A stretch of 64,000 bases of DNA. It comes from Candidatus Treponema merdequi. GTDB lineage: Bacteria; Spirochaetota; Spirochaetia; Treponematales; Treponemataceae. The notes below the pieces were generated by a model. The model was not told where the DNA came from. It ran no database searches and was given only the letters and a program-made list of their open reading frames with translations. The stretch is taken from contig JAGHVB010000010.1 in assembly GCA_018064525.1 (NCBI GenBank), positions 40,684 through 104,683 of the forward strand. The letters are read 5' to 3'. The position numbers were made by a program, and so were the translations under genes. Of the stretch, positions 39,032-48,152 are shown one piece after another (positions within the stretch are counted from its first letter, which is position 1; each line of letters opens with the position of its first letter).

Positions 39032-41119
39032 TTAAACGTCGATGTCTGCATTAGAAAGCAGATGTTTTTCGATAAACGCACGGCGTTCCGGTGTGTTTTT
39101 TCCCATATAGAAATTCAAAAGCTGCGGAACCATTTTGAGCTGGCTGATTTCTACTGGAGTTAAATGCATTGTTTCAGGATTGATAAACTGACGGAACTCA
39201 GAAGGGTTGATTTCACCAAGTCCTTTGAATCGTGTAGTTTCTGCTCCGCGTCCAAGTTTTGCCTGAGCCTTATCTCGTTCATCTTCTGAATAGCAGTAAA
39301 CATTTTCTTTTTTATTGCGGACCCTGAAAAGCGGAGTCTCAAGAATGAATACTCGTCCTGATGTAACAAGTTCTTCAAAGTATCCTAAGAAGAAAGTCAT
39401 TACAAGATTTCTGATGTGATAACCGTCGTTATCGGCATCGGTTGCAATTACGATTTTCGCATACTTAAGGCTTTCAACATCAGTTTCAATTCCAAGCGCC
39501 ATCATAAGCTGATAAAGCTCATCGTTTTTATAAATCTCACTCTGCTTTTTACCGCACATGTTTTCAGGTTTACCTCTGAGTGAGAAAATTGCCTGGAACG
39601 ATGCATCACGCGAGTGAGTCATTGTACCGGTAGCTGAGTCACCTTCGGTAATGAAGATCATTGAGTTTTCACCCTTTGCTCCATCCTGAACGTGATACTT
39701 GCAGTCTTTTAATTTTGGAATTCGGATCGAGATTTTCTTTGCAGCTTCCTTTGCTTCTTTTTTAACAGCAGAAAGTTCTGTTCGAAGCTTTTCGTTAGCC
39801 TTAATCTTTTCTTCAATTTTTTTTGCAGCATCCGGATTTTTATGAAGCCAGTCATTTAATCCCGACTGAACTTCAGGAACAATCCATGCACGGACATCTG
39901 TATTTCCAAGTTTATTCTTTGTCTGACTTTCAAAAACAGGATCTTTTACTTTTACAAGAATTGCAGCAGCCATTCCTTCGCGGACATCTTCTGCTTTATA
40001 CTGAGTTCCATAAAAGTCGTTAATTCCCTTTACAAAACCTTCTTTGAAAGCATTAAGATGAGTACCACCATCAGTTGTATACTGACCGTTTACAAAGCTG
40101 AAGTGGTTTTCACCGTAGCCATTTGTATGAGTGAATGCAAAACGAAGATGATCACCGACATAACTTCCAATCGGATACAAAGATGCATCTTCAATTTCTT
40201 TATTCAAAAGATCGAACAAACCGTTTTCACTGTGATAAGCCTGTCCGTTAAAATTAATTGTAAGACCTTCGTTTAAGTAAGCGTAATTCCACATTCGCTT
40301 TTCAACAAACTCAAGGTTGTAATTATATTTTCCAAAAATATCTACATCAGGAACAAATTCAAAAAAAGTTCCATTCGGTGTCTTTTCTTTTAACTTTCCT
40401 TTTCTCTCTTTTACAAGTTTTCCTTTTTCAAAAATCGCTTCACAGCATTCCTGATCGCGAACAGAAACAACTCTGAAATATGAAGAAAGAGCGTTTACGG
40501 CTTTTGTACCGACACCGTTCATACCGACAGAGAACTGGAAAACATCATCGTTATATTTTGCACCAGTATTGATTTCTGAAACACAGTCAACAACTTTTCC
40601 AAGTGGAATTCCACGGCCGTAGTCTCGGACTTTTACATGATTATCTTTTACTGAAACATCAATCTTTTTACCGTAACCCATGATAAATTCATCGATTGAG
40701 TTATCAATAACTTCTTTTAACAGAACATAAATACCATCATTCTGATTTGAACCGTCACCAAGACGACCGATATACATTCCGGAACGAAGTCTGATATGTT
40801 CAAGTGCATCAAGATGTTTAATCTGACTTTCATCATAAGTTTTTTTAGCAGCAGGTTTTACAGGCTGTGATACTGGTTTTGCAGTCTGAGATGCAGTTTT
40901 TGAAGCAGTACTTTTTGTCTGAACAGATTTAGTCTGAGCAGTTTTTGAATCTTTCACTGGAACCTTCTTAGCTGCAGTTTTTGGAGCAGCCTTTGCGGTA
41001 GTTTTGGAAGAGGATTTTGATGCTGTCTTTGCAGCAGGCTTTGTCTTTGAAGCTGTTTTAGATTTAGAAGTAGTCTTTGCGGCAGACTTTGCCTTAGTTT
41101 TTGTTATTTTTCCACCCAT
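39032..41119 (-). CDS. parE: DNA topoisomerase IV subunit B with Lys/Ala/Thr/Ser-rich N-terminal extension
   Basis: EVIDNSIDE, DYGRGIP, TEGDSA, RGKP, DADNDG, RFKGLGEINP. Confidence 0.92.
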   Translation of the reverse strand: MGGKITKTKAKSAAKTTSKSKTASKTKPAAKTASKSSSKTTAKAAPKTAAKKVPVKDSKTAQTKSVQTKSTASKTASQTAKPVSQPVKPAAKKTYDESQIKHLDALEHIRLRSGMYIGRLGDGSNQNDGIYVLLKEVIDNSIDEFIMGYGKKIDVSVKDNHVKVRDYGRGIPLGKVVDCVSEINTGAKYNDDVFQFSVGMNGVGTKAVNALSSYFRVVSVRDQECCEAIFEKGKLVKERKGKLKEKTPNGTFFEFVPDVDIFGKYNYNLEFVEKRMWNYAYLNEGLTINFNGQAYHSENGLFDLLNKEIEDASLYPIGSYVGDHLRFAFTHTNGYGENHFSFVNGQYTTDGGTHLNAFKEGFVKGINDFYGTQYKAEDVREGMAAAILVKVKDPVFESQTKNKLGNTDVRAWIVPEVQSGLNDWLHKNPDAAKKIEEKIKANEKLRTELSAVKKEAKEAAKKISIRIPKLKDCKYHVQDGAKGENSMIFITEGDSATGTMTHSRDASFQAIFSLRGKPENMCGKKQSEIYKNDELYQLMMALGIETDVESLKYAKIVIATDADNDGYHIRNLVMTFFLGYFEELVTSGRVFILETPLFRVRNKKENVYCYSEDERDKAQAKLGRGAETTRFKGLGEINPSEFRQFINPETMHLTPVEISQLKMVPQLLNFYMGKNTPERRAFIEKHLLSNADIDV

Positions 41120-41222
41120 AAAAAAATTATACTATATGAATGTATTTTTTTCAATGTTAGTTAAATGATTGATGCCAAGTTTTAAGATGACAACCAGCAA
41201 AAAATCCTTTACAATGATAAAT

Positions 41223-42185
41223 ATGAATGCACTTGTTCTTAGCGGCACAAACAATTTATTTACCTGCGAATGCGATGACGGAGAAACAAGACTCTGCACA
41301 ATCAAAGGAAAAGTAATTAAAACAGAAAAAGAATATTATAATCCGCTTGCTCCCGGAGATTCAGTCGAAATCGAAATTGATCCTATCAACAATGAAAAAG
41401 GACAGATTATAAATTTACTTCCACGCAAAAATACATTTGCAAGATGGAACATCAAAGGCAAAGCTCCTCAGCTTTTAGCAAGCAATCTCGATTATTTAAT
41501 TTTAGTCACAACACCAGACGAACCGCCTTTCCGTCCTCGCTTTATCGACCGCGAACTCATTCAGGCAGATGTCGCAGGGATCACACCGATTATCGTTGTT
41601 AATAAATATGATCTTGAAGCATCAGGGGATCCTGATTTTCAGGAACGTATCACGACATGGGAAGAACTTGGCTATCAGGTAATGCGCATTTCTGCAAAAA
41701 CTGGTGAAGGACTTGTGGAACTTGCAGAACTGCTCAAAGATAAGACAAGCGCTCTGGTCGGTCAGTCAGGAGTCGGAAAGTCAAGTCTTGTAAACGTTTT
41801 AGATAACACCTGCGTTTTAAAAACCGGAAGTCTTTCAAAAAAATACGGAAAAGGCCAGCACACAACTACTAAAGGAACTCTGATGCACATTCAGTTGAAT
41901 GAATCCCTAACAGGAGGCGTTCAGGGAATTACAGCTTCAATAATTGACACACCGGGGATCAGACGATTTATACTTCACGAAATAGATTATAAAGATGTCG
42001 GTCTTTATTTCCGTGAAATGCAGCCACTCATCGGTAAGTGTAAATTTGGTGCAAGCTGTTCACACTTAAATGAACCGGGCTGTAAAATTCTCGAAGCAGT
42101 TTATTCCGGAGTAATTTCAGAAGACCGTTATGAAAGCTGGAAACGAATTACAAATGAAATCAAAACCGGCGATTTTGACGAATAA
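41223..42185 (+). CDS. rsgA: Ribosome small-subunit-dependent GTPase A
   Basis: NKYDL, GQSGVGKSSL, GQHTTT, DTPG, CKFGASCSHLNEPGC; start at ATG 41223. Confidence 0.95.
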   Translation: MNALVLSGTNNLFTCECDDGETRLCTIKGKVIKTEKEYYNPLAPGDSVEIEIDPINNEKGQIINLLPRKNTFARWNIKGKAPQLLASNLDYLILVTTPDEPPFRPRFIDRELIQADVAGITPIIVVNKYDLEASGDPDFQERITTWEELGYQVMRISAKTGEGLVELAELLKDKTSALVGQSGVGKSSLVNVLDNTCVLKTGSLSKKYGKGQHTTTKGTLMHIQLNESLTGGVQGITASIIDTPGIRRFILHEIDYKDVGLYFREMQPLIGKCKFGASCSHLNEPGCKILEAVYSGVISEDRYESWKRITNEIKTGDFDE

Positions 42186-42220
42186 AAATTAACGCATTCT
42201 CAATATTAAAATGCATTAAT

Positions 42221-43507
42221 CTATTTTTTAATGACTCTCTTTTCAATTACGCGAACTGTAATTGTTAAAATTACAGTAATAATCATACAGACAGATGTAC
42301 ATCCCGTTAATAAATCGACTTTCATAAGAAACCGATACAAAATAAAACCGACACACCACAAAACCGCAGCGACCCAGTCAATTTTTTTCTCTTCAGAACT
42401 ACTTTTTGTAAAATAAAAATCTGCAATCATAACAGCAGCCATCGGCGTAAATACACTTCCGATAAAATAAAGAAAATCAGTTATATCATCCATATTAAAA
42501 ACGAATGCCAAAAAAGTTCCTAAAACAACAGTGACAAGTGAAACTGTTTTTGCATTTATTTTTTTTGAAAACACTTCACTAGAAACACCTGTGCTCCATG
42601 CATCAAGAAAAGTTGTTGTTACGGTAGAAAGAACAATAATAAAAAGAGCAGTAATTCCAAGCCCTGCTTTTACCATAATCAACGCAATGTCACTTTCAGA
42701 AGTAAAAATCGCAGCCGACATTCCGACTGCATACATCCATACGCTTACAAAAAAATAAGTTAAAGTACATCCCGCAGAACCAGCAAGAGGTCTTTCTGCA
42801 TCACGGGTATAATCTGAAACAAGCGGAAGCCAGCTCAAAGGCATTGCAACACCAAGTTCAACAGCCGCTCCGAACGAAAGAACATCACCGTCAATATGCA
42901 ATTCTGAATCAGGCAAAGAGCCCACATTATTGAACAAACAAAAGCCGCTTTCACGCGCGTTTATAAAAATCACAATACACAAAACAACAGAAAGCACAAA
43001 CAAAAGTCCTGCCGCAATTCTGTTTACAAATGAAACATTTTTAAACCTTAAAACAATCCAGACAAAAATAAGACCGCCGGTAACAAAACACCAGAACCAT
43101 TTTCCGCATGCAAAAATTCCATTTAACGAAACTGCTCCATCATAAATCATGATAGAGGTCCAGAGCACAAGCTGAAGAATATTAAGTGAAGCAAAAAATA
43201 AAATTCCATTTTTACCAAAACTTAAACCAACCGTCTGCATTGCACTCTTTTTTGTCTTTGCTCCGATAAAACCTGTAAGAAAAAAAAGGACTGCACCGAT
43301 TAAATGTCCTGTTACAATTGCAATCAAACCTTTTGCAAAACCAAGAGGCGCAAAATAAGTACCTGTAATAATTTCTGCGATGCTCACACCTGCACCAAAC
43401 CAGATAAATGAAAGTGATGATGTTGAAGTAGAATTTGATGAACAGGTTTTGTCCGATACTGTTGATTGATCTGTGTTTGAATTTAAATATGGTTTTTGTG
43501 TTTTCAT
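42221..43507 (-). CDS. cytX: Putative hydroxymethylpyrimidine transporter (NCS1 family)
   Basis: WFGAGVSIAEI.TG, MPLSWLPLVSDYTR, LSTVTTTFLD; TPP riboswitch upstream. Confidence 0.88.
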   Translation of the reverse strand: MKTQKPYLNSNTDQSTVSDKTCSSNSTSTSSLSFIWFGAGVSIAEIITGTYFAPLGFAKGLIAIVTGHLIGAVLFFLTGFIGAKTKKSAMQTVGLSFGKNGILFFASLNILQLVLWTSIMIYDGAVSLNGIFACGKWFWCFVTGGLIFVWIVLRFKNVSFVNRIAAGLLFVLSVVLCIVIFINARESGFCLFNNVGSLPDSELHIDGDVLSFGAAVELGVAMPLSWLPLVSDYTRDAERPLAGSAGCTLTYFFVSVWMYAVGMSAAIFTSESDIALIMVKAGLGITALFIIVLSTVTTTFLDAWSTGVSSEVFSKKINAKTVSLVTVVLGTFLAFVFNMDDITDFLYFIGSVFTPMAAVMIADFYFTKSSSEEKKIDWVAAVLWCVGFILYRFLMKVDLLTGCTSVCMIITVILTITVRVIEKRVIKK

Positions 43508-43508
43508 T

Positions 43509-43594
43509 TTTCCTCCGTCGGCATTATCCGAATCAGGTAATAAGGGTCGAGTAATTTTTTACTCCTCTCAGCCGGTAACACCAGCTCCCCAAAA
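43509..43594 (-). promoter_or_regulatory. TPP (thiamine pyrophosphate) riboswitch
   Basis: Minus strand GGGGAGCT..GCTGAGAGG..GACCC..ACCTGATTCGGATAATGCCGACGGAGGAA matches the TPP consensus. Confidence 0.92.
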
Positions 43595-43643
43595 GATTTT
43601 CTACGTTATGACTTATATCAGATTTTAATTATAATTTCAAGAA

Positions 43644-43709
43644 TAAAAAAAAACACCTTTAAGATATTTTTATAAAACTTACTTTATAAATCTAATCTTA
43701 AAGGTGTTT
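43644..43709 (-). terminator. Long hairpin/terminator after outer-membrane protein gene
   Basis: 15-bp inverted repeat AAACACCTTTAAGAT / ATCTTAAAGGTGTTT plus T-run on minus strand. Confidence 0.7.
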
Positions 43710-43751
43710 GATCTGATTTTTTTAACCAGAAAGTATTTCAGAAAAATATGG

Positions 43752-44549
43752 TTAGCGTTTTTCCACACTTCTGTCACCGAAGTTCAATGCAACTCCGAGA
43801 TAAATCTGTGGTTTAACACCGCCAACAAACGGGCTCAATTCTGTTCTGCCAGAACCAACCCACTGACCATTTTTCTTTATTTTTTCATCCTGTGCAACAA
43901 AAGCAACAACAGGGAATACAAAATTACAGCCTGCTGCAATACCAAGATGGAAACCATTTGTATTCAAAACCCAGAAGCGATATCCGACATCAAGGGCAAG
44001 GTCAATAGAAAATCCAAAAATCTCAGTCTTGCTGTTTTCGTTTCCGGAAATCTTTCCATCAGACATGCTGAGCACACCAAAACCGAAAGCAGGATTGATT
44101 ACTACAGAATGTCTTGGACCAAAATTAAATCTGACTGCAGGACCAATTAAAAAGTCCAGGTCAAATCCGCTGCCATTAAATTTATATGACCAGTCTTCTG
44201 TTACAGTATCAGTATTTGTATTCTTAACCTTCTGTTTGATTGTAATACTGTCAAACCAGTTAACAGAAAAACCAAGATTCATTCCAAGATCTAAGAAAGA
44301 ACAAGGTGAACCAAAATAAAAAGCAGCTCTGGTTTCAGAACCAGCCCACGACTGATATTCGGCAGAACCTTCAGAGGAACCAGAATATCCTTTTTTATCG
44401 CCATTTACTTTTTCATTTGCACTGAACTTAAGATCCTGATTAAAGAATCCTGTTGGTGTAATGAAATAGCTTTCACTTAATTCCACATTAGCAAAAACAG
44501 ATGCGCTTACTGTTGCTAAGACAACCAAAATAGCAAGTAATTTTTTCAT
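43752..44549 (-). CDS. Putative outer-membrane beta-barrel protein
   Basis: Cleavable signal peptide (..SVFA); alternating hydrophobic beta strands (LGMNLGFSV, LDVGYRFWV, IYLGVALNF). Confidence 0.6.
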   Translation of the reverse strand: MKKLLAILVVLATVSASVFANVELSESYFITPTGFFNQDLKFSANEKVNGDKKGYSGSSEGSAEYQSWAGSETRAAFYFGSPCSFLDLGMNLGFSVNWFDSITIKQKVKNTNTDTVTEDWSYKFNGSGFDLDFLIGPAVRFNFGPRHSVVINPAFGFGVLSMSDGKISGNENSKTEIFGFSIDLALDVGYRFWVLNTNGFHLGIAAGCNFVFPVVAFVAQDEKIKKNGQWVGSGRTELSPFVGGVKPQIYLGVALNFGDRSVEKR

Positions 44550-44576
44550 ATAAACTCCTTGTCTATATTATATCAC

Positions 44577-45755
44577 TTAACCAAAGATTGGTCTAACTTT
44601 AATTACAGTATCGATTCCTGCAAGAGCACGGAGTGTTTCTTCCGGAATTTTTCCGTCTACATCTGTAATGTTGTAAGCAAGTTCACCTTTAGCCTGGTTG
44701 ATCATTCCAGAGATGTTAAGTTTTGCTTCACCAAGAATCTTTGTAAACTTAGAAATTACATCAGGAACATTTTTGTGTGCGATGCAGAGACGAGTTCCGC
44801 CTGCTGGAATCGGATTGTCGCAATATGTCTTTGGAAAGTTGACAGAGTTAATGATATTTCCGTTTTCCAAGAAGTCACGGAGCTGTTTACATGCCATTAC
44901 AGCACAATTGTCTTCTGCTTCCGGAGTAGATGCACCAAGATGTGGAAGACAGATAACTTTGTCATTGTTCAAAAGTTCTTCACTTGCAAAGTCTGTTACG
45001 AGAGCTGCAACTTTTCCGCTTTCGAGAGCAGCAAGAATATCTGCATTGTTGATAAGTCCACCGCGTGCGATGTTGATGATTCTGACACCGTCTTTCATTG
45101 TCTTGATTGCAGAAGCGTTGATCATTCCTTTTGTATCGTTTGTCTGTGGAACATGAATTGTAATGTAATCTGCCTTTGCATAAACTGAATCAAGAGTTTC
45201 TGCATGCTTAACATTGCGGTCCAAAGACCATGCTGCGTTTACAGAAAGGAAAGGATCGTAACCGATTACTTCCATTCCAAACTGAATGGCAAGATTTGCA
45301 ACCATTGCACCGATAGCACCAAGTCCGATTACACCGAGTGTCTTTCCTTTAAGTTCTGGACCAACAAACTGAGATTTTCCTTTTTCTGCAAGATCAGGAA
45401 TTTCGTCTCCTTTTCCAGCAAGACCATTTGCCCATGCATTAGCTTTGATTGCAGGACGGCTTGAAAGAAGAAGTGCGAGCATTACGAGTTCTTTTACTGC
45501 GTTTGCGTTAGCTCCCGGTGTGTTGAATACAACAATACCTTTTTCTGTAAGCTGTGGAATTGGAATGTTGTTTGTTCCTGCTCCTGCGCGTGCTACAGCT
45601 TTAACAGTTTCAGAAAGCTGCATCTCGTGCATGTCCTGTGAGCGTACGAGAATTGCATCTGGGTCGTTGATGCTTGATGCTGTTTCATAGTTGTCGCGTG
45701 GAAGTGTATCCAAACCACAGGCAGCGATTTTATTTAATGTCTGAATTTTGTACAT
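44577..45755 (-). CDS. serA: D-3-phosphoglycerate dehydrogenase with ACT domain
   Basis: ARAGAGTNNI, NTPGANANAVKEL, GVIGLGAIG, NIARG, PHLGASTPEA. Confidence 0.93.
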   Translation of the reverse strand: MYKIQTLNKIAACGLDTLPRDNYETASSINDPDAILVRSQDMHEMQLSETVKAVARAGAGTNNIPIPQLTEKGIVVFNTPGANANAVKELVMLALLLSSRPAIKANAWANGLAGKGDEIPDLAEKGKSQFVGPELKGKTLGVIGLGAIGAMVANLAIQFGMEVIGYDPFLSVNAAWSLDRNVKHAETLDSVYAKADYITIHVPQTNDTKGMINASAIKTMKDGVRIINIARGGLINNADILAALESGKVAALVTDFASEELLNNDKVICLPHLGASTPEAEDNCAVMACKQLRDFLENGNIINSVNFPKTYCDNPIPAGGTRLCIAHKNVPDVISKFTKILGEAKLNISGMINQAKGELAYNITDVDGKIPEETLRALAGIDTVIKVRPIFG

Positions 45756-45790
45756 ATATATTTCCTATAAAATTGATTTCAAAAATAATA

Positions 45791-46211
45791 AATGCTTCCG
45801 TCGAAAAATCATTACAAAAAAAGGCTGTGCTCGCGGGCGTGCCAGAGCAGCAGGACTGCGGCGCAGAATTTTTTTTGTAATGCTTTTCCGACTCCGCATT
45901 TACTATTTTTTATATTCTTTTCAGGTAATATCTGACAACCTCAGACATTACCTGAAACTAAATAACAATTAAAAACAAAGCGCTCCCGCTGAAAAATATT
46001 TCAGAAAAAGGCTGTGCTCGCGGGCGAGACGGAGAGCATAACTGCGGCGCAGAATTTTTTCTGAAATATTCTTCAGCTCCGCACTTTGTTTTTCTCCGCT
46101 TCTTTTCAAGCAATATCAAGCAAAAATTAGATACTGCCTAAAAGACTCCGCATTTATTATTTTTTATATTCTTTTCAGATAATATCTGACAACCTCAGAC
46201 ATTACCTGAAA
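45791..46211. repeat. Composite structured repeat region between serC and serA
   Basis: Two long hairpins (45791-45900, 45971-46092) sharing 22-nt and 20-nt identical cores; 68-bp direct repeat (45890-45957, 46144-46211; 66/68 identical); degenerate copy at 46094-46143. Confidence 0.85.
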
Positions 46212-46217
46212 TATAAA

Positions 46218-47339
46218 CTACTTATTTGCTTCTGCGAACTTCTTCATGAATTCTACGAGGGCTTTTACGCCTTCGAAAGACATTGCGTTGTAGATTGATG
46301 CGCGCATTCCACCGACTAAGCGGTGACCTTTGAGGTTTACAAAACCTGCAGCGGCTGCTTCTTTAACGAACTTGTCGTTGATTTCTTTTTCTTTTGCAAC
46401 GCTTGCTTCGTCTGCAGCACCAGTTGAATATTTTGTAAGGAATGGAACGTTCATCAAAGAGCGGCTTCCTTTCTGTGCTGTTGCATGATAGAAATCGTTG
46501 TTGTCGAGGTAGTTGTAAAGGTAATCTGCTTTTTCGTGATTGCGTTTACCCATTCCTTCGGCACCACCGTTCTTTTCTACCCAATGAAGAACTTTTCCGA
46601 GAACGTAGATTGTGTAGCATGGAGGTGTGTTGAACATAGATCCGTCGTCTGCATGTGTTTTGTATGTAAGCATTGTCGGAGTTCCGGCGCGAGGAGTTTC
46701 TGTAATCAGATCATCGCGGATGATTACGAGAGTAACACCTGCTGGAGCAAGGTTTTTCTGAGCACCTGCAAAGAGAACACCAAATTTTGAAACATCAAGC
46801 GGTTCAGAAAGAACACAAGAAGAAATATCTGCTACGAGAGGAATGTTTCCTGTTTCAGGAATGTATTCGTAGTGAGTTCCCATGATTGTGTTGTTAAGAC
46901 AGATATATGCGTAGTCGTAGTCGCCTTCGATTTTTTCTACTTTTGGAATGTAGTTAAAGCCTTTGTCTTCGCTTGTTGCAATTACATCAACTGCGATTCC
47001 AAGTTTCTTTGCTTCTGCGATAGCTTTTTTAGACCATACACCAGTGTTGATGTAAGCAGCCTTTCCTTTTTTGTTTCCGAGGTTAAGGGCAACCATTGCA
47101 AACTGAGTAGAAGCACCACCCTGAAGGAACAATACTTTGTAATTTTCCGGAACGTTCATAAGTTTACGAACCATAGCTTCTGCATCTGCAATAATAGGTT
47201 CATAAGCCTTGGATCTGTGACTCATTTCCATAACTGACTGACCAGTTGTTCCGTATTCAAGCATTTCTGCCGCACATTCTTTTAAAACTTCTTCTGGTAA
47301 GCAAGAAGGTCCTGCACTAAAATTGTACACTCTACTCAT
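46218..47339 (-). CDS. serC: Phosphoserine aminotransferase
   Basis: YNFSAGPS, SVMEMSHRS, FLQGGAS, FAGAQKNLAPAG, FNTPP, GHRLVGGMRASIYNA. Confidence 0.97.
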   Translation of the reverse strand: MSRVYNFSAGPSCLPEEVLKECAAEMLEYGTTGQSVMEMSHRSKAYEPIIADAEAMVRKLMNVPENYKVLFLQGGASTQFAMVALNLGNKKGKAAYINTGVWSKKAIAEAKKLGIAVDVIATSEDKGFNYIPKVEKIEGDYDYAYICLNNTIMGTHYEYIPETGNIPLVADISSCVLSEPLDVSKFGVLFAGAQKNLAPAGVTLVIIRDDLITETPRAGTPTMLTYKTHADDGSMFNTPPCYTIYVLGKVLHWVEKNGGAEGMGKRNHEKADYLYNYLDNNDFYHATAQKGSRSLMNVPFLTKYSTGAADEASVAKEKEINDKFVKEAAAAGFVNLKGHRLVGGMRASIYNAMSFEGVKALVEFMKKFAEANK

Positions 47340-47358
47340 TTTGTACTCCTTATAATTT

Positions 47359-48003
47359 TCAGCCTAAGCTGATTTTTGCACTTAAATTATTCATTGCGGT
47401 AACAGGTGAAACATTTTCTACCGCAACCGATTTTGGTAAAATCAATTTAACAGAAGTATAATTTACGATGCCCTTAATACCGCATTCCACTAAACGCTCT
47501 GCCATACTCTGAGCAGTCTCATTACTCACCGTTAAAATTGCATACTCAATTTTCTCTTCCGGTATGATCACATTCATGCGGCTGGCCGGATACAGCGGAA
47601 AACTCGCACTTAAAATTTCAGTACGATTTACACTCGCATCAAACCCCGCAGTCACAGAAAACGCCGTGTCTGAAAAAATACTGTTTTCAAGAAGAGATGC
47701 GCCAAGCTTTCCAAGCCCGACGATGCAGCACTTATGACTTACACCGCGCGCCACAGAATCGCTCTCGTCTTTTGCAATTCCAAGTGCCTGACAAATAACG
47801 GCATTCAGCTCTTTTACCTTATACCCGTTCGAAACGCCACCGGCATAATCAAGCTGCGAAATATCCTTTCTGATACTTGCACTCGACCACCCCGTCAAAG
47901 CCTCAAGCTGAACACTCGTAATTCTTTCTTCTTTTACGGCAGAAAGAATCTGAGAAAGCTCTACAAGTCTTTTTCTGGACGGTTCCGAAATCTTTTTCAT
48001 CAT
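47359..48003 (-). CDS. rex: Redox-sensing transcriptional repressor Rex-like protein
   Basis: Winged-helix 'ITSVQL..SASIRKDIS', Rossmann GLGKLG, 'GIKGIVNYTS'. Confidence 0.75.
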   Translation of the reverse strand: MMKKISEPSRKRLVELSQILSAVKEERITSVQLEALTGWSSASIRKDISQLDYAGGVSNGYKVKELNAVICQALGIAKDESDSVARGVSHKCCIVGLGKLGASLLENSIFSDTAFSVTAGFDASVNRTEILSASFPLYPASRMNVIIPEEKIEYAILTVSNETAQSMAERLVECGIKGIVNYTSVKLILPKSVAVENVSPVTAMNNLSAKISLG

Positions 48004-48023
48004 TCACCTTGAAATTAAAATCT

Positions 48024-48041
48024 CTGTGAAAAATTTAACAG
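48024..48041. promoter_or_regulatory. Rex-like operator 1
   Basis: CTGTGAA-AAAT-TTAACAG versus consensus TTGTGAA-N4-TTCACAA; just downstream of the predicted rex promoter. Confidence 0.55.
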
Positions 48042-48055
48042 TATTTGATGCTTTT

Positions 48056-48084
48056 AGGATAGTGGAATTTACGAGAACGGTCAA
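48056..48084 (-). promoter_or_regulatory. Putative sigma70 promoter of rex-serC-serA
   Basis: TTGACC-17-TATCCT. Confidence 0.55.
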
Positions 48085-48152
48085 TAATTTGTGCTTATGT
48101 TTTGGTGGAATTTAGGTGGAATTTTGAATTTTTCTGTAGAAATTTAGAGATA

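Noticed and set aside
45748-45972. 74-aa ORF across the repeat region
   Set aside because: Antisense to serA/serC, no SD, and its composition simply reflects the repeats
45791-46211. CRISPR array or integron attC cassette array
   Set aside because: Only 2-3 long units, no regular repeat-spacer period, no cas or intI gene, no RYYYAAC..GTTRRRY ends and no cassette ORFs
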